Part shown: positions 25,101-37,100 of the stretch, one piece after another
Layout: each line of letters opens with the position of its first letter
Numbering within the stretch: the first letter of the stretch is position 1
From: Stegostoma tigrinum
Taxonomy: Eukaryota
Direction: 5' to 3'
NCBI RefSeq assembly: GCF_030684315.1
Contig: NC_081355.1
Span: forward strand, 84,654,924 to 84,707,203
DNA: 52,280 bases
Program-made: the position numbers and the translations under genes
The notes under the pieces: generated by a model
The model's database searches: none
The model's input: the letters and a program-made list of their open reading frames with translations, nothing else
What the model was told of the DNA's origin: nothing

Positions 25101-28100
25101 CTTTCTCTGAGTAGAAGCAGTCTCACTGCCTCAGTGAAAGCTTAGTCTCCTGTCATTACAAGGTCAGCTGGCATAGTTGTAGACTACAATATTAAAGGAG
25201 TTTTCAGCATTTTACAGCAGTACACCAATCTGTCTTAACATATTACTGGGATTTCTGAGGCATTAGAATAGGGAACAGGCAAGTGGCTCCAAGGAGCAAA
25301 AATGTGGTATCCTCTCTTGGGAAGACAGTATCATCACCTCATTTCAACAACTTTGCTAGTGCACTTGTTGTTACATCTTATCAGCAATCGCAGACTGTTG
25401 TCGTCTATTTCAGGTGCTGCAGTCTGCCCTCAAAGTCCAGAGTCACTGAAGGGAGTACTGCAAAGCCATTTGGAGTCTTCTATTTTCAAAGTCAGCTGCC
25501 TTCTGCTAGCTATACTGCAGTCACTGGGTAAGCACCATGTATAAGCACCAGGAGAAGCAAAAGCACACTGAGTACAGGCGCAAATGAAATGCACAGGGAA
25601 GATTATTTGGCTTTTGCGTACTATTTGGCAATATTTGACTTTTAAAAAATTGTTTGTTTTATCAATTGCTTTTATTTAGTTCCCTTATTTAAGAAATGAT
25701 GTAAATGCATTGGAGGGAGCTCAGATCAGGTTAGTTTGATTGAGAAGAGTCGTCTGTTTTATAAGGATAGATTGGGCAATCTTGTTTCTATTATAGTGCA
25801 GAAGACTGACGAGTGACTTAATTAATCCTTAATAGTCTTGAAAAATTTGGAGATGGAAAGGATGTTTCCAATTGTGGGTGATAACTAGGGGATACTGTTT
25901 TTTTAAATAAGGCTGCCTGTTCTGTGACAGAGATGAAGAGTGTTTGTTCGGAAGGTTGTGCGATTATGGAACTCTCTTCCTCGGAAGGCAGCCAAAGCAA
26001 AGCCATTGAATATTTTTAAGGTAGAGGTAGGTAGCTTATTGTTAGCAAGAGAATCAAAGATTATCTGGGGTGGACAGAAACGTGGCATTGGAACTTGATG
26101 GTAAATTAGACAGCATGCAGCAGACCACCATGTATTTTAACATACATATCATGGAATATTCTGGGATTCCTCCAGAGGACTCTAGGTAGCAGAATGTGCT
26201 CTATTACATTTTAAGTGAGAACTTGGTTTTCTGGCATGCATGAATTTGGGTTGAACAGTGCCAATAACCTTTGCTTTTCCATTGACTGTGGCTCCTGAGT
26301 GGGCTTATTGGATTGCAGAATCACTCTTATAACGTATTAGTAATTGCATATTTGCTGTTAAGATGATGGATTAAGTTTTAACTGAAAATATGAAGTGGTA
26401 TACTTACAGGAGGGCCAACAGGTCCAGGCAAACCATCACTGCCACGGGCACCCTTAAAGGAAACGCAAAGGTGGCATGTATAAACTTACTACAACCAATG
26501 AACATATAATTCTACAATACAAACAATAAGTAGACATTGAATTGATAATAAGCATAAAAGCAAAATACAAACTTTCATGAATATGTTGAAATGGATTATA
26601 ATAAAGCATTACACAGAGGCGCAACAGTTATAATCATTTGCAATATTTTAAAAATCATCTTGGAGATTCATTTTTAATGGTATATATTTAACAACATTGA
26701 AATACATTATTGGTGACCATTAAGCAGGACCTCAAATCAATGTGAAGGCAGAGGTCTGAATCAAGTGTATTGACCACCATACCCATGATTTGATCTGCCC
26801 CTGTTGTGTGAAGCTCCATGCTGGGAATACTAACAACTGGCATGTGAAACTGAGAAAACATTCAAAAATTGGAAACTTACAGCTGGGCCAGCAGCTCCAA
26901 TACCACCTCTCTCTCCTGGAGAACCACGAAGGCCCTTTTAGAAAAGAAAACAGGTTTGTTAATTCTGCATAAGAATGGATTTAGAATTTTTTACATGGCA
27001 TGTGTAAAAAATTGTTGTTAAGAAATGTGCAATGCATGATTAAAACTGCTAATATTTTAAATGATGAAACACATACCACAAGTCCAGGGCTTCCATTTGC
27101 TCCTGGGTTACCAGTTTCACCCTGGCAAAAAATGAAAACAATATTTTAGTTGTTGGCTTTTACAATATTACTAACACAAGAAAGCATATGAAACAATAAA
27201 ACTTTAATGGGTGATACTTTTTAACCCTGCCTAACAACATAATCTATAAATGTTTAATTCAAAAATGATTAATCCTTTCAAAATACTTCATTGTCTAATT
27301 TCTGACCAGCTTGGAACAAACAAAATAGAATAAAAACCTTTGTTTTGCTCAGCACACTCTTCGAGTGCGAAAACTGTTCTGAAAGTAATGGAAGAACTCC
27401 TGCAATGGTGAATGACTCAGTCACTGTTTATACAGATTGTTTGATGTCCCTCATACTTAGGAACAGGGGTGGGACATTTACAATCTAATCCTAACATTGT
27501 CAACTATTTTGATGAGAACAATGTAAAATACCCAATAATTTGAATAAAGTAATGTGACTAGCACAATAAATTGGATATTCAGCACTACAATTTGCATTGT
27601 CAGATTATGTGAATCGAACAACTTTAAATGAAGAGAAATAAGTAGGATTAAGAAAGGAAATGCTGGTAAGGTAATAATAAATAATGAAAACGACAAGTGC
27701 TGGAGATCACAGCGAGTCAGGCAGCATCCATGGAGAGAAAGCAAGCTACCGTTTCAAGTCTCAATGACTCTTCATCACAGCAAACTCACCTTCCCCTCAG
27801 TTCCCCTGTCTGCATTTCACAGGGGTTGTTCCATCTGTTCGTCAACCACTAACAACATGCCCCCTTCCCAAGGCAAATTGCCATCTTACTGCAGAAGATG
27901 CAAAACCTGCCCCTTCACCTCCTCCCTGCTCTCCATCCAAGTGCCTAAACAGTCTTTCCAGGTGAAACTGTATTTCACCTGCATCTCTTCCAATCTTGTA
28001 TATTACATTCACAGCACCCAATGTGGCCTACTCTACATTGGAGAAATCAAACACAGCGCGGGTGACTAGTTTACAGAACACCTCCAATCAGGGTGCAAGC

Positions 28101-31100
28101 ATGACCCCAACCTTCCTATAGACGGTCATGTTAACACAGTGTCCTGCTCACATGCCCTCTGGCTGTCCTTGGCATGTTGCAATGCTCCAGTGAATCACAG
28201 CAAAAACTGCAGGAGTAATATCTCATCTGCAAACTAAGATAATAAAGTGTGAAGCTGGATGAACACAGCAGGCCAAGCAGCATCTCAGGAGCACAAAAGC
28301 TGACGTTTCAGGCCTAGACCCTTCACCCCGAAACGTCAGCTTTTGTGCTCCTGAGATGCTGCTGGGCCTGCTGTGTTCATCCAGCTTCACACTTTGTTAT
28401 CTTGGATTCTCCAGCATCTGCAGTTCCCATTATCCTCTTCAAACTAGGTATTTTACAATATTCTGGGCTCAGTGTTGAGCCCAACACCTTCAAGTAGTGA
28501 ACACATTCCTTCCCTTACTTTTAGATTTACTGGTTGTATTCTTGGTCACCAAGCCCTCTCTCCACTTCCCCATCTCCAGTGGGAATGTCTGTTCTTTCCA
28601 GTTTAGTAGTCAGACACACCATTGTTCAGCCATTCTTACATTCTGATCACTTAATCTGGACTAGCAACATCCTTTCTCAAGCATCTGCAATAATTTGCTC
28701 CTACAATGATAAATAGTAATATTTTTCCATTTATGTAACAAAGAATACTGGCATGTATTCGAAAAGCACTTTGCTGTTTAATGTTGCATAATATGCATGT
28801 CTTTGTATTCATAAAATGTAAGGCTATCGATGTAAGCTTTTTTAGCACTGACTCTGATACAATACCATTACAATCTTTCCATGCTTTACTCTACACCTCT
28901 AACCTTAACCCATCAGGTCTGATATCAAGAAGAGTGGGGGCAGGTGTGAAGGGAAGAATGTTTGTTCTTATTAAATAATTTCAGTGATAATAGAGTTTAC
29001 TTGGATGCCACTTACGTGAACATTTGCCTCTTATGTCAGTAAAATGATTTTGTGTAAAGATAACACCAGATCCATACCATCCATCATGACCTTCGATAAA
29101 TCTCCATTCTGAGCACTGTTCACTGGAATCATGATGTGCAAATTATGTAACTGTTCTGATGTGTGCCCACAATGGAAAACAAGCTTCTCTGACTCTTATG
29201 GAACGTTTCTATATTTCTAAAATCCAGTTATCAAACAGAATCAATAAATATAGAAGGCTGAATTTCTTGGTTGGGTTGTAACCCCAAAGTCAATCTCAGT
29301 TTGGGATCAGGAACCTGGAGGTGAGTATGGTGAGAGGTTGAATACTATCTTCCCAGATGCGTCCAATTAAAAAGCTGCCCTAGGAAGACCCATCCATTGA
29401 ATGATAGCAGACGGAACAGTTAAGTAGGAGTGGCCATTGGGAGAAGAGGTTGCTGCCGAGGCAGGCAGGATACTTTGAGGGTGTTTCAAACTGTGCATAA
29501 AAAGGGTACAGCTGTCAGATTGTCATTGTGCAAGGGGTATCCACCCACTGTTGCAGAGTTTGGGAGGAGTATCCAATGGCTGCAGATTTGCTGCCAAAAG
29601 ATCACCTCCTGCTCCAATCTGGGCTCTGGCCTCACTGGGGTGGCCCTCTGCCATTGAAGGGAAACTGATAAGTAGCAGTAAGTACAGAGAGTATTCCTTT
29701 ATTTGCTGTTTCGTAACATACTCCCAACTAATGTTTAACAGTTCAGGTTAAAGTAACTTAATCACAACTTTATTTCTTACCTTCTCACCGGCAGCACCTG
29801 GCTCTCCCTTAATTCCATCCAAACCATTAAAACCCTGTTATGAAGTGGAGGATAATAAAAACGGCCAGTTAACAATTGTAGCGCTAATTATTTACTGCAG
29901 CAGAAAAAAGATATTCCAAGTGTCAAAAATAAGATGTTTAACTCACTCGGTGTCCTTTCCTGCCAGAGAGGCCAGGGGTTCCTGGGAAACCACGAGCACC
30001 CTGAGAAGAGGAAACAGAAACACGTCTGATGTTTTTTCAAAATGAAAGGAGTCTGGCGTTGTTACTGTGTCTGGGGCAGAAAGTACCAAATAAATATTTG
30101 CATTTAGTGCCCTCAGGTTAGATGGCGGATGATAGTAGATTTTGTATATCTGCATAAGCCTCACTGTGCAATGATTCTTACCTGAGCTCCAATAATACCA
30201 CGGTCACCAGCTTTACCAGGTTTGCCATTTGAACCCTAGGAAAAAAAAATACTTTTTGTATTAATAAAGGATTAATTAAGAAGGGATGCACATACTTTGA
30301 TAATATGAGATAAATTATATTTTTATTTAGCTAAGTTAGACTTTACATTTGCATCTTCTAAAATGCATTGCCGATGCATTTATTCATGGTATATGAATAA
30401 TTCTTAAGATAAGGAGAATGTTCATACAGTGAACATTCTCAATCAGGTGAATAGATTGATTAAATAACAATATAATTTACAGATACATGATAGATTCAAT
30501 ATTGCCCAATGGTGGTCTTCTAGACCAATTGGCAGTTTATCTTTATCTTTACTTCAAGGCTAAAATGGTCCTCTGATATCACTCAGTCATATCTGCGGAG
30601 AGGAACTATGGTTGTTTGCTACAATGAGAAAGTTAACTTGAATCCGTCATGTAGTCATGAATATTATACTGGTTATAGATGGTGGCAAAAGAAACATGGA
30701 ACTGCTGGCTAGTCATCCTCTTCGTTAGAAACTTGGACAAAATATAGAAAAACTAGAAACATGACAGGGATGGCACTAGTCTAGACCAACAAAGCAAAAC
30801 AGTCTTGTGCTGATTCGCCAGCTTATTTTTGACTGTATCAGTTTTTATTTTAATCAACTTGCAAAATATTGCCAGGATTTTAAATTTTAAACCAAATAAA
30901 GAGTTGCAGAAAATAGTTGAAATATTGTTCTGTGAGTTTTAGTAGAAAGAAGATCAGATGCAGTGAAAAATTGGCTGCCAATTCACAAAGGGCCTGTTTT
31001 GAAATGTTGGTATAGACCAATTTTACCTTTAATATTCTTTAATTTATTTATTATTAATTAATGGGACTCTTTTTATTGTATGACAGGCAAAATCAGAAAT

Positions 31101-34100
31101 ATATATTGTTGTGTGATGTGTAAACTTTGACCTGAATGAACAGATCTAGTATACAGATGATTTGATGCTTAATCTAGGATGTTTGCATCCCTAATTGTGT
31201 TCAGTTTAGATTTGTGACCTATATTATTAACATATTACATTAAGAAACCCTTTGCATTATTCTTTAGTTTATAATTGTGTGCCTGAAACATTACTTGTTC
31301 AATTGATTAAAAATTGGGAGAGTTAGATTTGCATTTAGGGAAGTTGCTGAATGTTTCCTGAAATTCACAATCCTAGTAAGGCTTCATGCATCAATATTAA
31401 TGAATTTAACATCTCTGACCATGGAACACACAGCACGTACCATATTTTGGAATTATGGTTGAAACTGGATTTAATTTCAAAACGTCCAAAGCTACAAAAG
31501 TACAAGAAGCTTGTTTTGCAATTGATAAGGCTCCATTGCATTTAATTGTCAAAATGTAATCAAAGATGTTTGTTCTAAGTATTATGGGAAGCACATACTC
31601 AGATTCTCAGAAATCAGATGATTGTTAATCACAGAAAGTAAAGGTACAAGTAATACTGTCAACGCAACTTAAGAATCATTTGGTTTCTTCCTTATATTCA
31701 AATGAAAGCTCTTTATAATCTGCAGGAAAGAGTAAAGGAAACTCAAGAAGTTACAGAAGGCCATTTATGGAATTATCTCCAAGCCAAATTCCAGGATGAA
31801 TTCACAGTTAGGTAATTCTTTAAAATATATGGCTTATTACAAATAATAAAGTCACTGTGATAGGCCTCATTTTTAAGCTTTGATAGTTCAGAGGTACTTT
31901 CTCCCTTCATTTTACTGAGCTCAATTCTGGATTAGGGATCTAACCAACATTGCAGAGTAATGAGGGGCTGTTTAAAGTTCTCAGTTTGAATTTAAGGATT
32001 ATCTGAAAACCAACTTCTAGTTTGCAGACATAAGTTTGAAGTATTCTGAACTACCTCTAATTTATTTTATCCACCTTTGCTTTACCTGAAATAAAGCTGT
32101 TGATAACCAAATTCAGTTTGGGTAAGCATCCCAACGAATGATATTACCTGACTGATACATGTGGTCATTGTTATTTAAGGAGCTAGCAGCATTTAAAAAT
32201 ATTGGTTCATACGTTACTTCTTTGAAATCCTCTGGAATTTTGTGCCTAGCAACATTGTAGCTGTACTTATGCCCATGGAGAGCCAAACCTCAAGATCGCG
32301 GCACAGTGCCAGCTTCTCAAGAGGCAATAAATTAGCAGAGCAGCCAATGAGCCCACATTTGGTAAATGAACTGTTACAAACTTATACACACTTACATCTT
32401 CACCAGGTTTTCCGGGTACACCTTGAGGACCACGAGGACCAACTGGGCCCTAGAGAATAAAAAGACAAAAAGAAAATCAATGCCAATACAAAATAGGAGA
32501 TTCACAAATCTCCTACTGTGTGGGTTTCCTCCAGGTGCTCCAGTTTCGTCCCACAGTCCAAAGATGTGCAGGCTAGGTGGATCGGCCATGCTAAACTGCC
32601 CATAGTGTTCAGGAGTGTGTGGGTTATAGGGGGTTGGGTTGGGGTGGGATGCTTCAAGGGGTAGTGTGGACTTGTTGGGCTGAAAGGCCTGTTTCCACAC
32701 TGTAGGGAATCTAATCAAATGATTTATCTTGCCACAAAATACATACTTACATTTCCACCAGGTTCTCCTGGAATGCCTGAAATTCCTGGGGGTCCAGGGG
32801 AGCCCTGAAAATGAACGCAGAAATTTTCAAAAATTCAATTCAGAACTATGTGAAAAGACTCAAACACAATAATTTCAATTGGAGGTAGTACAATGTGTTG
32901 CATAGTTTCAATTATAAATGGTGAAAAGCAGACTATCAAGAAGTTGTAAAACTTACAGGAGCACCAGAGCCTCCTTGAGGGCCTCTTGGTCCTGGTGGTC
33001 CCTGAAGAAAAATACATCATGTTAGAATTAGTGTATAATCAGTAATATAGTAACTAAACAATCTTTTAAAATATAAACACAGTATAGATGAGGATAAGGT
33101 AGACAGGACGACGATAGTACTGACGATATAACTAATCCACAGGCACCATTATGCTCTTGGCTGTCTTTCTGCTCAGTTCTTATAAACAGTTGGCACTTAA
33201 CGAAAGTGTAATCCATAAATACTAAACTACAACCTAACTTTGGGTGATCATATCACTAAATTGAAAGCATTTTAGCAGTTATAATTTTGATGAAAGTTCA
33301 CAGTCCAAATTACTCTCTATCTCCCTATACTTGCAGTTATTACAGCAGTTCCTGGTTTTATTTAGAGTGCCAGACTCTACAGTATTTTGTTTTCATGATA
33401 CTAATATTTTATCATATTTATATTTCAAACAATTTAGTCTATGGTTACGTATTAATTCTCTGCAAATTAAAGGTAAGTGTGATGACTTGAATCTTGTCTC
33501 ACATATGTTTCAAGGGCTTCACAATGAATTACTTTGAAGTGTAGTGAACTTTTATGTGAACAAAGGTCACAATTAATCATTTTTCATCAACAAACGTAAT
33601 GAATGGCCAGTTTATGTTTTGAACAACCTTGGTGTTGGTTGAAGGAAAATTGCCAGTCAGGACCCTAGAAGGATTCTCTGTTATTAAGTAGTGCTTTGGA
33701 CTTCCAACATCCAACTGAGCAAAAGAAACGTGCAAGTCGGTCAGCTGAAGGGCAGCATCTTCAATAACACTTCATCAGTGCTGCACAAAGACTGAGCTTA
33801 TATTTCTGCTGAAAAACTGGAACATTCCAGCAGAGGGAGCAGTCAACAGACACCCAAACTTAACAATGCTAAATATTCATTGAAAGAAATGTGTACATTG
33901 AAAGGAAATTGCTCAATAAAAAGTGAAAGGAAGGCAACATTTTCATCTGTTGTGTAATTATAATAATCAACAGTTCTTTCACTGCTGCAGTATTTTTAAT
34001 TAGAATATAATCTTCTGATAACCAATAGAGTTCAAGCTGCATACAATATTTTCATTCATAGTCATCTTTAATTTACTAATGGTTTATTCACCATCTTCAA

Positions 34101-37100
34101 GTTTTAATTTCACCTACATAGTTTTACTAAAATAATCTTATTCCAGAAAACTAAATAGAGCAAAAGTACTCAATGCTTTGAGTCAATGGCCTAGTGGTGT
34201 TATTGCTGGGCTATTAAAACAGAGACCAAGATAATATTCGAGGGACCTGGGTTCAAATCCTACCTGGCAGACTTTGAATTTAATACAAATACAGAATTAA
34301 GATAGTCTAAAGCTGACTGTGAATCTATTGCCAATTGTTGGGAATAAACATCTGGACCACTGGCATCCTTTAGGGACGGAAACTGCCATCCTTAACTGGT
34401 CTAGCCTGCATGTGACTCCAGATCCACAGCAATGTGGTTGACTCTTAAATGCCTTCAGGGCAATTAGGGATGGGCAATAAACATTGGCCTAGCCAGTGGT
34501 GCCCTTATCCTGTGAATAAATTTTTAAAAGCTATATATTTATCATTGGTCATTGTTTTCTGTCCCATTTTGGCAGGGAATTATGAGACGTGCTATGCTCA
34601 AAATGATTGGAGAGATTTAGCAAAACACTTTCATCATTCATATAATTGCAATTAAAAGACTATACGTAGTTTATAGTTATTTTTCAGTTTGTGGAAATAT
34701 GCGATTTGGATTTCTTCTTGCATCCAGAATTGTGAAAATTTAGCATTTCCTTTGCTGGGGTAACACCGAATTAGCATCCAATGTGGTTCAAATTCTGAAT
34801 TCTGTATCATAAACTGCATTTACTGTTGCAGGAACAATCTGTCACAAATTTCATTGGACGAGTTACATAGAATGATGCACAACATGAGAAGAAAATGGTG
34901 AATGTTCATGGTGAGAAGATGTAGTTGTAAATATGATGGTACCTTCGTAACATCTTTTTCTTCATGCATTGAACTAAATTACCTGGGGAATAATTCATAC
35001 TGATATGTTCCCTTAACATATTGTTTAAAGCGACTTACTTATGTAGAGAAATGGCACAGAAACAGTTTTGAGACATAACTGTTTCTATTCTTTCATGGGA
35101 TGTGGGCGTCACTGCCATGGCCAAAGTTTGTGGCCCTATCCTATTTACTCAGCCATTTCAGAGGGCAGTTAGGATTGCTATGAGTCAAGAGCCATATGTA
35201 GGCCAGACCAGATAAGGATGGTGCATTACCTCCCCTACTGGGCATTAGTGCACCAGATGGGCTTTTACAGCAATCAAGAATAAAATCATGGTCATCATTA
35301 CTCAGATTATCTTTCTGGTTTTTTCTTATTTAATCCTAATTAAATTCCACCAGCTGCCATGATGGATATGAACCCACGTCTCTACAGCATTAACTAGAAT
35401 CTCTGGATTACCAATGCAAGTCATCATTTCTCCTTACAGTGGGATAACTATGTACCTTGTAACACAAGAGGTAGCTTAACAGCATCAAAGATTTTTAACT
35501 TTATTCTCTCAGCTATTTTCCGGTGTTGCGCTGACACATTTTGGTACAATTTCTAGCTCATATCTGATAAGAAAAATTCTAATGTGTGTACACTTTAAAA
35601 GAACTGTATTGTTTCAGTTTTTAGTTGATTTCTGTCAATTATACATGATTCATTTTGAGGGGACTTGGAATGAAGCAAAGCATATTTAAATATGAAGTTA
35701 CATAAAGGCTAATTTTGTGATCGCACAATCCCAGTATGCAACCACATTTGCCAGGAATGCAAACTGAATCATTATTGTTACGATCTCATAATTTTATCCA
35801 GACTGCAGTCTCTTCAAATGTAGGATGCACATTGGGAGACCCGTGTTGTGAAATTTACCCAACTATGAGATGACAGTGCAAAGTTTGTAAATGCATACCA
35901 AGATTCCTGGTGTCATCTCGTCCCGTTTAATGTATTGAGCAGCAAAACTCTGAGGAGAAAAAAGAGACATTTTTCCTTACAAAGAGGCCGAAACTGATTA
36001 TGAACTTCTGTCTGGTCATGGAAATATTTGTTATGTTGAAAGCACCCTGGCTACACTAAAAAATGATGCAATCACATGCATACATACATAGGCTATTGAT
36101 CTTTAGGAATAAAAATACATATAGAAATGATAGTAACCTACACAAAATTCTCAAACAAACAGCAATTCTGACATCCTTATTAACCAGAGATGGTAGGAAC
36201 AGCAGATGCTGGAGAATCTGAGATAACAAGGTGTAGAGCTGGATGAACACAGCCAAAAGTCAGCCTTCCTACTCCTCTGATGCTGCTTGGCCTGCTGTGT
36301 TCATCCAGCTCTACACCTTGTTACCCTTGTTAACCAGTTGCCTGAAAGAATAAATGTGGGGATAAGGTAATGAAAAAAGACAGAGAAATCAAACAGTATT
36401 TTAAAATTCTTCATTATTCTTGTTTTCCTTATTGTTTATATTCGAACGTTAATTGCTATTGGTTAAAATCAAATAAGAACAGGATTGACTGAAAATTCTT
36501 CTTCAGCGATATTATGTAGCATAGGGAAGTCTGGTTCAATCCCTCGGCTGCATTGAGAGCTTAATTGAACTCAGTTAGGGTAACATGTGGAGGACCAAAA
36601 ATTAGTTCTGGCATCCAAAAGTTAATCAAGTGTACGGTTCCTTCAGTCCATTCCCCCACCTCAGTTAGGAAGATATGACGGTATGTATAATGGGTGAATG
36701 CAGGGATAAGTTTAGCTGTAATATTACAACTTTGCATTATCCTCCTGAAACTGTCTTGAGAAAATAGAAATATAAGAAATAGGATCAGGAGGAGGCCATT
36801 CAAATCTTGAAGTTGCTCTGCCATTCAATATGATTGTGGCTGATCATCCAATTCAGTACTCTGGTCCTGCTTTCTCCTCATACTCTTCAATCTCTTCAGT
36901 CTTAAGAACTATATCTCACTCCTTCGTGAAAACATTTAATATTTTGGCTTCAACTGCTTTCTGTGGCAGAGAATTCCACCGGTTCACCATTCTCTGTAGA
37001 TTAAGAAATTTTTCCTCATCTCAGTCCTAAATGGCCTACCTTAGAATATAGAGAATTGGTGCCTGGGTAATACACCAGACAACTGTCACAATACTTCAGT

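Noticed and set aside
1384-32605. Plus-strand ORFs with Pro/Gly/Arg-rich stretches (e.g. 1384, 10136, 19786, 32242)
   Set aside because: They are antisense shadows of collagen exons running into intron sequence
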